The notes below the pieces were generated by a model. That model saw only the letters and a list, made by a program, of their open reading frames with translations. It did not search any database and was not told the origin of the DNA. From an uncultured Planctomycetia bacterium (lineage in GTDB: Bacteria > Planctomycetota > Planctomycetia > Pirellulales > PALSA-1355), in the NCBI GenBank assembly GCA_963807715.1, contig CAWECK010000006.1:27538-91537 (forward strand): a stretch of 64,000 nt of DNA, given 5' to 3'. The position numbers and the translations under genes are program-made. This document shows, piece after piece, positions 30,458 through 40,439 of the stretch; positions within the stretch are counted from its first letter, which is position 1; every line of letters starts with the position of its first letter.

Positions 30458-31233
30458 ATGTCAAGACGCATGCCCGCACGACATTCGCAGAGACTTGGGG
30501 AACAAACCTCGGCGTGTGCGTGGATCCCACAAAATCTCTGGTGTACGTCCCCTGTTTCGATGGCGATCTATGGAGCTGCGACTTGAAAACCGGCAGGCAT
30601 GCGGTCTTTGGCAGGCATGCGGCGGGCACGACGAATCTGGCCCTGGCGGACGAAGGCCAGATTCTGGTCAGCGCCGGCACTTCGCCCATCATCAAGTTGT
30701 GGAACACTGCCGAGAACAAAGTTGTCAGCAGGCTGAAAGCCGAGGGAACTCGGGTGCCTGCAATTGATGTCGATACGGCGCGGGGCTTGTTGGCGTCCGC
30801 ATCGGACAATGGCAAGGTCCAACTATGGTCGCTAAAGTCGCGTCAACCGGTGGCAAGTTGGCAGGCGCACCAGACGAGCTTGAAAGAGGTAGCCTTTTCT
30901 CCGGACGCCGCGCTGCTGGCCACCTCGTGTCCGCAAGAGGTAAAACTGTGGAACCGTGCAACCCAGGAGCTCGTGGCGACGCTCGACAGTTCCGCGGACG
31001 TTTTGTGTCTGAAGTTCACTCCGGACGGCAAGTTGTTGGTGGCCGCTACCCAAGCCAGCGACTACAAAGTGCCCGGCCTGGTCCTGGTCTGGGACGTCCA
31101 GAGCCATGCGCTGCTCAAACGCTTTGAAGGGCACAAGGCGGCCGTGCGCGGGCTGGCCATTTCTCCCGATGGGGAAACGGCAGCCACATCAAGTTGGGAC
31201 ACGAGCGTCCGGCTTTGGAAGCTGCCGAAGTAA
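30424..31233 (+). CDS. WD40-repeat beta-propeller protein (likely C-terminal part of a DUF4034-WD40 fusion with two frameshifts near 30270 and 30385)
   Basis: WD repeats ...IIKLWNTAE, ...GKVQLWSLKS, ...QEVKLWNRAT, ...GLVLVWDVQS, ...TSVRLWKLPK; reading frame is open upstream of the listed GTG start (AFPCGAWPGGTEPDSLIV). Confidence 0.6.
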   Translation: MSESLSNVSLLNVKTHARTTFAETWGTNLGVCVDPTKSLVYVPCFDGDLWSCDLKTGRHAVFGRHAAGTTNLALADEGQILVSAGTSPIIKLWNTAENKVVSRLKAEGTRVPAIDVDTARGLLASASDNGKVQLWSLKSRQPVASWQAHQTSLKEVAFSPDAALLATSCPQEVKLWNRATQELVATLDSSADVLCLKFTPDGKLLVAATQASDYKVPGLVLVWDVQSHALLKRFEGHKAAVRGLAISPDGETAATSSWDTSVRLWKLPK

Positions 31234-31490
31234 GGCGTTACGGTGGGCACGGAAACTTACCCGGCCTGCCTCGCCTACAAGTTGCCCTTGGGAATTCGTC
31301 ATGCCGGGTTTCCCAAGCACCCAAGCAAGTGACCTTGCCAACGAATTACTGATTGTGCGGGCCGTTGCACCGTACTAATCGATCCTATCGCTTCGCACCC
31401 GCCTTGAGATAGCGGCTTTCACCCGCGCAATCGGCCCGATAAGCTATCCTTGAAACGAGTTACGGCTAACGATCGAAAAGAGGATACGCC

Positions 31491-33122
31491 ATGGTCGAGT
31501 TTTTAAGAACACCGCGTGCCGGGCTACTCGCTGTCGGTACGATCATCGCACTGGTGCTCGGATACCAGGTCTGGCTTTGGGAGGTGGAACGTGTGGAAGT
31601 GCCCCCCGGAAAGTTCCTGGTGCTGATCCATCGCTGGGGCCAAAACCTGGCCGAAGGAGAAATCGTCGCGCCGGACGACTTTTATAAAGGCGTGATGTTC
31701 GAACCCTTGGGCGAGGGCCGGCATTTCATCAATCCCATCTTCTGGAGTTTCGAGGTGCACGAGATGGTGCGCGTTCCGGTCGGCAAGTGCCTCATGCTGA
31801 CTCGTAAGTTCGGCCACGACATTCCGCCGCAGCGGGTTGCCGAAAGAGACGTGCTGGCGCGGGAAAATCCGAAGAATCGCATCGACGGCGAACGTGGAAT
31901 CTTGCGCGAAGTGCTGACCCAGGGAAGCTACCGCATCAATCCGTACGCGTATGCCTATGAACTCGTGCCCGCGGTCGAGGTTCGGGTCGACCAGGTGGGT
32001 GTACGGAGCCTGATGGTCGGCAAGGATCCGAGCAACCTGCCCGCCGACGACAAGCGTGGTCCCTACGTGGTGCCTGACGGTTACCGGGGCATCCAGCAGA
32101 CAACAGTTCCGCCGGGCACTTACTACATCAATCCTTACGCCGAATTGATCGTGCCTGTGGAAGTGCGCAGCCACAAGGTCGAGTTGACCGACATCCAATT
32201 TCCGTCGCGAGACGGTTTCTTGTTGCAGCCGCGCGTGGTCGTCGAGTATGCGGTGCAGGCCAACAAAGCTCCGGAAATGTTGGTGCGTTTGGCCGACGAG
32301 GGAATGCTGCATCAGAAAGATGATACCCCGGAAGACCAGCTTCAAAACGAGGTACTGCAGAAAGTGATTCTGCCCCACATTCGCGGTTACGCCCGCATCG
32401 AAGGAAGCAACTTCGATGCCCGCGACTTTATCGTCAATACTCCGAACAAGGACGGCAAGAAAGACATCAATGCGCGGAAGCGCTGCAACAATCGCTGCTC
32501 AAGAAAGTAAAGCCGCGCTGCGCTGAACTGGGAGTCGAGATTCGAGCCGTAACGCTGGCCGACATGCATCTACCGTCGCAACTGGCCGATCAAATTGCCC
32601 AGCGTGAATTGGCCCGCGTCGAGCTGGAGAAGAACACAGTCCAAGTGCGTCAGTACCGGACCGCGCAAGAATTGGCGGCCAAAGAAGCGCTCAAAGACGC
32701 AGGCTAAGGACAAGGTCGAAGCCGAGACCCGCTTGCTGCAAGCGAAGACGCAGTCGGATCAATTGCTCGAAGTCGAACTGTCGCGGCTCAAACAGGAGTT
32801 GGACAACGCCCAGTTGCAACTCGACGCCGCCAAGAACCAGGCCCAGGCGATTGTGTCCAAGGGGAAGGCCGAGGCGGCCGTGATCAACCTGACCAACGCG
32901 GCCGAAGCGAGCGGCCTGCGGAAGGCCGTGGAAGGGTTCGCCGGCGTGCAGAACTTCGCCCAGTACCACATTGTCACGCGTCTGGCTCCGGCGCTGACCG
33001 AGATCTTCGCATCAGACACCAGCGACTTCGCCAAGCTGTTTTCGGGCTACATGACGGCTCCCGCCGGTCACCAGCCTAAAGCGATCGCGCCGACGGCTAC
33101 CGCGGCGGAAATCGGCAAATGA
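31491..33122 (+). CDS. SPFH/band-7 (HflK/C- or flotillin-like) membrane protein, ~540 aa with two apparent frameshifts (near 32475 and 32700)
   Basis: N-terminal TM LLAVGTIIALVLGY; duplicated SPFH-like segments; correct middle part (EALQQSLLKKVKPRCAELGVEIRAVTLADMHLPSQLADQIAQRELARVELEKN) found in third frame; C-terminal coiled-coil AEAETRLLQAKTQSDQLLEVELSRLKQELDNAQLQLDAAKNQAQ in ORF 32595..33122. Confidence 0.6.
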
Positions 33123-33205
33123 CGTGCTCTCGCGACATTGTTTCCTTTGAAACCGCGATAGGCATCCCAATCAGACCGACATCCCAATAAGCACGGATCC
33201 TTCTT

Positions 33206-34786
33206 ATGAATGCCAATGCATCCTACGATGAACTGAGCGACTGGATCAGCGATTTCGCTCATTCCTGGAAGCAGCGATTGCTGTACGTGGGCGTTTTGAC
33301 GCTAATCGTGCTCATGATCTTACTCATGACTTGGCGGTCGTTCTTTGTTTACGTGCCGCCGGGGCAACATCTGATCATCATCAGCAAAGGAGGCAAGCCA
33401 CTTTTGCCGGGACAAGTGCTCGCCGAGGCAGGTGAAAAAGGCATCCAGCGCGTCGTGCATGGCGAAGGCTGGCACTTCGTGCTGCCGATCGTTTACGCCA
33501 CCGAACTGGAAAAGAACACCGATGTGCCGGCGGGCAACGGTGGGCATGGTGACGGCCCGCGGCGGCAAGCCGTTGCCTCCCGGCCGATTGTTGGCCGAAG
33601 AGGGGGAACAAGGCATCCAGCGGCGCGTATTGCCGCCAGGAACGTATCGCATCAACGGGCACGGCTTCGACGTCGAGATGGTCGACGCCACGGTGATCCA
33701 GCCCGGCTATGTGGGCGTGCTGCGCCGGCTGCTCGGCACCGATTCCAAAGGCCGCTTCGCCGAGACGATCAGGAGAAGGGCATCCTCCGCGCCGTGCTTC
33801 AGCCGGGCTTGTATTACATCAACACCAAGGAGTTCGAGGTGCGTGCACACGGAAGTGGGCATCTTCCAGACCACATTCCACTACGATTCCGATCCGGCGC
33901 AAAAGCACGGCCATCACTTTTACTTCCAAGGGCGGGTTTCCAATCAGCATGGATTGCACGGTCGAGTGGGAAGTTCTGCCGCAGGACATGCCGTCCCTCA
34001 TCGCCGAATACGGCGGCCGCAAGGCGGTGGAACGGACCGTCATCGAGGTGCAGGCCCACGCCATCGGCCGCGATAAGGGCATCAACTACGGCGTGCAGGA
34101 TTTTCTGGAAGGGACGCGGCGCGAAGAGTTTCAGGATGATTTCACGCAGGAACTGACCAGGGTTTGCCGTGAAAAGGACGTGACGATCCATTCGGCATTC
34201 ATCCGCAACATCGTGATCCCGGAGGTTTATTTGGAGCCGATTCGCGCCAAGCAGGTTGCCGCCGAGACCGAAATCACCAACAAGGCCAAAGAAGCCACCG
34301 CCGAAAGCGCTGGCCGATGTTGAACGCGAGCAACAGATGGTAACCCAGCGGGTCATCGAAGTCGAAGCGGAAACCAAGCGGCTAGTGGCCGGCATCGATC
34401 GCGACACGCAAAACCTCTCGACTCGAACCGAAGCCAAGATCGAAAAGCTCGCCGCCGAGTACGAAGCGCAGATCGCCGCCTTGCAGGGCCGGCGAGTGGA
34501 AACCTTGGGTGAGGCGACGGCATCGGTCACGCAACTCAAGGAGACCGCCAAGAACAGCCTGTACCAGATGAAAATGGACGTCTTCCAGGGAGATAGCGAC
34601 GCCTTCTTGCGTTACACGCTGGCCGATAGCATGAACCCGAAAATCATCATCCGCCTGTTCCAAAGCGGCCCGGGCACATTCTGGACGAATATGGACGGCA
34701 AGAACCTGAACATGTTCGTGCCGGCCGGAACGCCGACGGCGGCAGACCCTCCGCATAAGCAGCTGCCCACTCCGCCACGAAAATAG
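33206..34786 (+). pseudogene. Second SPFH/band-7 paralogue (HflC/K partner), at least five frameshifts in the given sequence
   Basis: N-part MNANASYDELSDW...LTLIVLMILLMTW (TM) GGKPLLPGQVLAEAGEKGIQRVVHGEGWHF (ORF 33206); internal repeat GGKPLPPGRLLAEEGEQGIQRRVLPPGTYRINGHGFDVEMVDATVIQPGYVGV (ORF 33432); KGILRAVLQPGLYYINTKEFEV (frame 1); SPFH core TITFTSKGGFPISMDCTVEWEVLPQDMPSLIAEYGG...DVTIHSAFIRNIVIPEVYLEPIRAKQVAAETE (ORF 33709); coiled-coil tail to 34786 (ORF 34256). Confidence 0.55.
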
Positions 34787-34929
34787 CCTTGCCCGTTGGC
34801 CGGGGCATCATCGGGCGCCAATCGGAAACGGCAGCCTCATCACCCGCTTGTCCTCTCGCAAAGATTTACTTTTGCGACCGACGCTCTTGCGTCAACCGAT
34901 TGACAATAGGTTGAAGGGAAAGCGGCGAA

Positions 34930-35214
34930 TCACTGAAGGCCGCGATCCAGGAAGTGCTCGGCAGCCATGACCCCGGCCTTGTACGAATCGACTCGGATTT
35001 CCGAAATTCCGGCTCGGTCGGGCAGTGGCATGTTCTCCACCACGCCCGACGCATTGGCCAACCAGGGCAGCTTTCCACTGACGCTGTCGGATGAAGGCAA
35101 GGGCACTTCCGAAATGTCGCTGGACATGTAAAAAAACCACGGTCCATGAATCTGCACATAGGGAGCAATGCCGTCTAACAGCCCTCGATCGAAGCCCCCA
35201 AACGGCACCATCAA
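34930..35214 (-). CDS. Hypothetical ORF fragment (94 aa) downstream of DUF1080 gene
   Basis: ORF only (MVPFGGFDRGLLDGIAPYVQIHGPWFFYMSSDISEVPLPSSD...); may be a C-terminal fragment of a disrupted gene. Confidence 0.2.
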   Translation of the reverse strand: MMVPFGGFDRGLLDGIAPYVQIHGPWFFYMSSDISEVPLPSSDSVSGKLPWLANASGVVENMPLPDRAGISEIRVDSYKAGVMAAEHFLDRGLQ

Positions 35215-35291
35215 CAGGAGCGCTTACGATGTCTCAATCAAATCATGCGAAGTCCTGACGCCGGCGCGACGGCACTTGACTCTGCCGGGCC

Positions 35292-35800
35292 TCAAGGCAA
35301 TTCCTTGATCCGAATGCGGCGATATTCCATCTGGCCGCGGTCGGCTTCGAGGCCGATCGGGCCGGTCGGCGGCAGTTCGTTGGTGAACTTCAGCGGTTCG
35401 CCGTTGCAGGTGCACGTGGCGACGTTCCCCTTGACGACGACTTCGATCTCGTTCCAGTCCTGCGGCTTGTAGTTCTTCAGTTCCTTGTAAGGGCCGGCCA
35501 CCAGGTAGTCGCGGCATTGCAGCTGCGGCTTGCGAATGAAAACGCCGCTGTCGGCGTTCACTCCGGCGCGGAATTCCAGCTTCAGCTGGAAGTCGTGCGG
35601 GAACTCGCGCGTCGTCCACAACTGGGCCAGTCCCCTTGCCCGGGTTCACGACAATGCGGCCGTCGCGGGCCGTGTAGCGCCCGTCGCTGGCCTGCGTCTT
35701 GCCGTCGAACGGCGGCGCCATCCTTGTAGTGCCAGCCGGTCAGATCGGTTCCGTTGAGCAAAGCTCGAAGCCGGGCTCCAGCGTGAACGCGCCGTCGGTC
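35292..35800 (-). pseudogene. DUF1080 (3-keto-disaccharide hydrolase, concanavalin-like) domain, split over three frames; probably fused to or immediately downstream of the sialate O-acetylesterase
   Basis: [15 protein letters not shown] (ORF 35582 frame) / APPFDGKTQASDGRYTARDGRIVVNPGKG (ORF 35224 frame) / LWTTREFPHDFQLKLEFRAGVNADSGVFIRKPQLQCRDY...IGLEADRGQMEYRRIRIKELP* (ORF 35292 frame). Confidence 0.5.
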
Positions 35801-37315
35801 TGAAACGGCGAGGCGGGCAAGCCGGCCTGGTTGTAGAGATTGACGTCCGGCACGTTCGCCCAGCCATAGCGAACCGCGACCGGAGCGGAGACGGAATCGC
35901 TGGAGACGACGATCGTGTCTCCTTCGATCGTCGCCTTGCGGCGCGACGAACTTGCCGTCGGCCCCGGCAATCGTGAAGCCCTTCAGATCGCCGTCTTTGG
36001 CCACCAGGCCGCCGCCGAGATGCTTGAAGCCGAGCGTCACGCGGTTGCCGGAGACGCTCATGGCATCGTACGTCGGGTCCCGAGTATTCGATCGGTTCGC
36101 CGTAGGCCAGGGCCCGCGCCGCCAGGGCCAGACCGCTCGCCGACCGGTTGCTTCTGCTTGGGATGGATATCGGTCGCGTCGCCGACGTCGGTGGTGACGG
36201 CCATCGCCGTGTTCTGCGTGGTTTCGGTGGTGATCCGTTGAGCCTCGCGGACTTCGGGCGACATGTCGTTGTGCGGCGTGATCTGCACGAACAGGAACGG
36301 AAAATCGCCCTGGCCCCAGGCTTTTCGCCAACTGGCGATCATGGCGGGAAAGAGCGTCTGATACTCCTTGCCGCGGCCGGAGTTCGATTCGCCCTGATAC
36401 CAGATCGCTCCGCGAATCGCGTAGGGTTCCAGCGGCGCGATCGAGCCGTTGTACAGGCCGGTCGGCCGATTCACGTTGTTCTCCGGGTCTTCCGGCGGCT
36501 GCGGCTTGCTCGGCACGCGGGTGCCGTCGGCCTTGGCCTTGGCCGAATCCTGCTCGTACTTGGCGAGCAACTCCGGCTCACTTTTCTTGTAGGCTTCCAA
36601 AGCGTCCGCGTAGCCGGCAACGTGCTTGGCCTGCCGGTCCAACAGCGGCTTGAGGACCGGATTGCTTTCCAGGTCGGCTCGCGGAGTCCAGGCCTCGGCG
36701 ACGGTGCCGCCGACGGCCGACTTGATCAAGCCGACCGGCACGCCCAACTTCTGCCGCAGGTCTTTTCCGAAGAAATAAGCCACTGCGGAAAAACCTGCGG
36801 CGCTCTGCGGCGAATCGACGGCCCATCTGCCGCCGATCGACTCCTGCGGTTCGTCCATGGCCCGCGCTCCGGCTGCGAACAGACGCAGTTGGGCATCGCC
36901 GGCCGCAGCAATGGCCGCCTCTCCGTTCACAGAATCTTTGAGACCAAATGCCATGTTGGACTGGCCGCTGCAGACCCAGACTTCGCCGACGAGCACATCC
37001 TGGCGAGTCAGAGTCGGTGCCCCCGATTCCGTCTTCACGGTCAGAGTTTGTCCATCGGCCGACGCCGCCATCGGATCGAGCTTCACCATCCAACGGCCGT
37101 CCTTGTCGGCCGTGGCCGGTTTTTCCTGTCCGGCGAACTGCACCACGACCTTGCAGCCGGGCTCCGCCTTGCCCCACACCGGAACGGCGATGTCTCGCTG
37201 AAAAACGGCATGGTCGGTGAACAGGCTGCCGAGCGTCAGGGGCTCGGCCGCTGGAAGCCAGTGGAACGACAGGCGCGACGATGGCGAAGGTCTGGACAAC
37301 GAGCGGGATTCTCAT
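35740..37315 (-). pseudogene. Secreted sialate O-acetylesterase (SGNH/CE-family), at least four frameshifts
   Basis: Signal peptide MRIPLVVQTFAIVAPVVPLAS (ORF 36578..37315 frame), core LPAAEPLTLGSLFTDHAVFQRD...GEVWVCSGQSNM...AIWYQGESN (ORF 36058..37299), [45 protein letters not shown] (ORF 35582 frame), C-terminus [47 protein letters not shown] (ORF 35740..35970). Confidence 0.55.
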
Positions 37316-37713
37316 GGGGTAAAGGCTCCTGATCGAGGGGTACGGAGATTGCCTGAGTCTGGTCGGGAACGAACGGCGGGCCGGCAGAATTCTGACGATA
37401 ACCTCTGCGATCGGAGAAAACTATAGTCCGGTTGCTCGAACCTTCGCAGGCCGTGCCGTCTTCCAGGCTGCGCACACCCGCTTGCCTGGCCGCGGTTGTT
37501 TGCTTTACATGCACTTGGTGCCGACCAGCGCATCAGGTCCGGGCCTTCATCGCGTGCGTCGGAAGCCTGGACCACGCCCAATAAAGCCCCAATTTCACGG
37601 TAATCGGGCGTCAAATCCCGAATCGGAAGTTTCGGCTCGGCGATTGCTCGTTCTGCTCCGATTTACTGGCTGATTCCATGCGCTGAAATCCGTGAACCCC
37701 GTGGAGGTGAAGC

Positions 37714-40377
37714 ATGAGCCTGCGAGAGACCGTGGCGACGCCCGAAGAGTCGGCCTTGTGGACCCTAGAGGAAATCAGCCTGCTGGTATCGAACAGCGGC
37801 AACCCAAACGAAACGCTAGCCAACGTCGTGCAATGCATCCAGCGGCGTTTCGAAACCGACGTCTGCTCGATTTACCTCCTCGAACCCGACCGGTCGCGCC
37901 TGGTCCTGGCGGCAACCATCGGCTTGACTCCCGAAAGCGTCGGGCGCGTTCGAATGCGGCTCGACGAGGGTTTGGTCGGGCTGGTGGCTGAAAAAATGCT
38001 GCCCCAGATCGTCGACGACGCCTTTAAACATCCACGGTTCAAGTACTTCCGCGAAACGGGCGAGGATCCGTATCGTTCGTTCCTGGGCGTGCCGCTCATG
38101 GATCACGGCCTGTTGCAGGGCGTGCTGGTGCTGCAGACCACGGACACCCGGACGTTTGCCCCTAACGAGGTGCGATTGCTCGTCGCGGCCGGAACGCAAC
38201 TCGCCCCGATCGTGAGCGAGGCCCGCACCCTGGAACAGTTCATCGCGCCGGCCCATCAAAAGCTTAAGGCCTTGGCCCAGAACTTGTGGTGGAGTTGGGA
38301 CGACGAGGCGGTCAGCCTGTTCCGTGACATCGATCCGGTGCGCTGGCGGGAATTGGACCATAACCCGATCGCGCTGTTGCAGCAGATGACGATCGACAAA
38401 CTGGAGGAACGGGCCTCGCAGCTCGCCTTGCACAGCCGCATCAATTATGTCTATCGCCGATTGCAGGAATACTTGAATTCCGACAAAACCTGGGGTTTGC
38501 GCTATGCCGGCATCCTATGGGCCCGGCCGGTGGCTTATTTCTCGGCTGAATTTGGCATTCACGAGTCGGTGCCGATCTACTCTGGCGGCCTGGGGGTGCT
38601 GTCCGGTGACCATATCAAGAGTGCCTCCGATTTGGGCATCCCGCTGATCGGCGTCGGCCTCTATTACAGCCAAGGGTATTTCAAACAGCGGCTCAACGCG
38701 GCTGGTTGGCAGGAAGAAGACTATCTCGACCTCGATCACCGCATTCTGCCGATGAAACCGGCCCTGGATCCCACAGGGCAGCCGGTATTCGTGAAGATCG
38801 AAACGCGCACCGGCACTATTGCCGCCCGCGTATGGCAGTTGGCCGTCGGCCGCAACAAGCTGCTGTTGTTGGACTCCAACGTGGAAGGGAACCTGCCGGA
38901 AGATCGCGAGTTGACGGCGCGCCTGTACGGTGGCGATACGCGCGTGCGCATTCGGCAGGAGCTGCTGCTGGGCGTTGGCGGTGTGCGGGCACTGCATGCC
39001 GCGGGGATCTTCCCCGGCGTGGTGCATCTCAACGAAGGCCATAGCGCGTTTGCCAGCCTGGAACTCGTGCGGCAACGAATGTTGAAGGAAGGGCTTCCCG
39101 CCGAAGAGGCCATGCGCCGCGTGTCGAGCCAGGTGGTCTTTACGACCCACACGCCGGTCCCGGCTGGACATGACCGCTTTTCAGCGCCCCTGATCGAAGA
39201 GCACTTGGGTCCGCTGCGCGAATCGCTCGGCTTGGGACATGATCAATTCATGGCCTGGGGACGCGTCGATCCCTACAACCCTGGCGAAGATTTCTGCATG
39301 ACCGTGCTCGCGCTGAAGCTTTCGCGGCGGGCCAACGCCGTGGCGTCGCTGCATGGGCAGGTCTCCCGCAGTATGTGGACCAGCCTTTGGCCCGGGCGGC
39401 CGGAAGAGGAAGTGCCGATCGGGCACATCACCAACGGCGTTCACGTTCTGTCGTGGCTGGCGCCGCAGATGCACCAGGTGTACGACCGTCATCTCGGGCC
39501 TGATTGGCCGGAGAAATGCGGCAATCCCGGATTTTGGGAAGACATCGAAAAGGTCGACGACGGCGAGCTATGGGAAACGCACCAAACGCTCAAGGCCCGG
39601 CTGCTCGACTTCGTGCGCCGCCGCGCAGTGCGCCAGGCGGAGCGGCGCAGCGAGCCGCCCGCCCGAATCGCTCAGTTGCGCCGAGCGCTCAGCCTAGATG
39701 CCCTGACCATCGGCTTCGGCCGGCGGTTTGCCACGTACAAGCGAGCCAACCTGGTATTCCAGGAATTGGAAGCGATCGCCGCGCTGGCGGGCGACGCGCA
39801 AATGCCGATGCAGTTCGTGTTTGCCGGCAAGGCGCATCCCCACGACAAGCCCGGCAAGCAGATCCTGCAGCATATCGCCGAACTGACCAGCGATCCGCGC
39901 TTCGTCGGCAAGATCGTGTTCGTCGAGGACTACGACATCAACGTCGGCCGGCACCTGGTGCAAGGGGTCGACGTCTGGCTCAACAACCCGCGCCGGCCGC
40001 TGGAAGCCTCGGGCACCAGCGGCGAGAAAGTGGTGCTCAACGGCGGTTTGAATCTCTCGGTGCTCGACGGTTGGTGGGCCGAGGCCTACGACGGCTTTAA
40101 CGGGTTCGCCATCGGCATGGGCGAGACGCATACCTCGACCGAGACCCACGATGCCAACGACTTGCAGGCGCTGTTGACCACCTTGCGCAGCGAAGTCATC
40201 CCGCTGTACTACAAGCGCGACCAGGACGGCTTGCCGCGCGGCTGGATCAAGCGGATGAAGCGTGCCATTCGTACCATGGGCTGGCGCTTCAGTTCCGACC
40301 GGATGGTCAAGGATTACGTGCTCAAGTCCTACATCCCGGCCGGCGGCGGCACCAGCAGCGACATGAGCCGGATCTAA
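37714..40377 (+). CDS. glgP: Alpha-glucan (glycogen/maltodextrin) phosphorylase, GT35 GlgP-like, with N-terminal GAF domain
   Basis: Intact 887 aa; GAF domain TLEEISLLVSNSGNPNETLANVVQCIQRRFETDVCSIYLLEPDRSRLVLAATIGL...; DUF3417-like LWWSWDDEAVSLFRDIDPVRWRELDHNP; phosphorylase core SAEFGIHESVPIYSGGLGVLSGDHIKSASDLGIPLIGVGLYY ... AGKAHPHDKPGKQ; SD GTGGAGGTGAAGC before ATG. Confidence 0.8.
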   Translation: MSLRETVATPEESALWTLEEISLLVSNSGNPNETLANVVQCIQRRFETDVCSIYLLEPDRSRLVLAATIGLTPESVGRVRMRLDEGLVGLVAEKMLPQIVDDAFKHPRFKYFRETGEDPYRSFLGVPLMDHGLLQGVLVLQTTDTRTFAPNEVRLLVAAGTQLAPIVSEARTLEQFIAPAHQKLKALAQNLWWSWDDEAVSLFRDIDPVRWRELDHNPIALLQQMTIDKLEERASQLALHSRINYVYRRLQEYLNSDKTWGLRYAGILWARPVAYFSAEFGIHESVPIYSGGLGVLSGDHIKSASDLGIPLIGVGLYYSQGYFKQRLNAAGWQEEDYLDLDHRILPMKPALDPTGQPVFVKIETRTGTIAARVWQLAVGRNKLLLLDSNVEGNLPEDRELTARLYGGDTRVRIRQELLLGVGGVRALHAAGIFPGVVHLNEGHSAFASLELVRQRMLKEGLPAEEAMRRVSSQVVFTTHTPVPAGHDRFSAPLIEEHLGPLRESLGLGHDQFMAWGRVDPYNPGEDFCMTVLALKLSRRANAVASLHGQVSRSMWTSLWPGRPEEEVPIGHITNGVHVLSWLAPQMHQVYDRHLGPDWPEKCGNPGFWEDIEKVDDGELWETHQTLKARLLDFVRRRAVRQAERRSEPPARIAQLRRALSLDALTIGFGRRFATYKRANLVFQELEAIAALAGDAQMPMQFVFAGKAHPHDKPGKQILQHIAELTSDPRFVGKIVFVEDYDINVGRHLVQGVDVWLNNPRRPLEASGTSGEKVVLNGGLNLSVLDGWWAEAYDGFNGFAIGMGETHTSTETHDANDLQALLTTLRSEVIPLYYKRDQDGLPRGWIKRMKRAIRTMGWRFSSDRMVKDYVLKSYIPAGGGTSSDMSRI

Positions 40378-40439
40378 GGCCGCGTGGCAAGTTTAAGTTT
40401 GTTTACCAGGGTGGCACGCTGCGCGATTACGAGATGCCT

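Noticed and set aside
31524-32378. 284-aa minus-strand ORF
   Set aside because: Antisense to SPFH gene 1.
33814-34551. 245-aa minus-strand ORF
   Set aside because: Antisense to SPFH gene 2.
36148-37332. 394-aa plus-strand ORF and 36578..37315(-) 245-aa ORF
   Set aside because: Antisense / wrong-frame over the sialate O-acetylesterase; only the first 21 codons of 36578..37315 (signal peptide) are used.
39504-40149. ORFs 39504..40100(+) and 39694..40149(-)
   Set aside because: Inside the intact glgP gene in wrong frames.
40400-40420. TGGCAC-N5-GCGAT sigma-54-like motif
   Set aside because: Only the -24 half matches the consensus, and the -12 TTGC(A/T) element is absent. It lies between two convergent gene ends, so it is unlikely to be a promoter.
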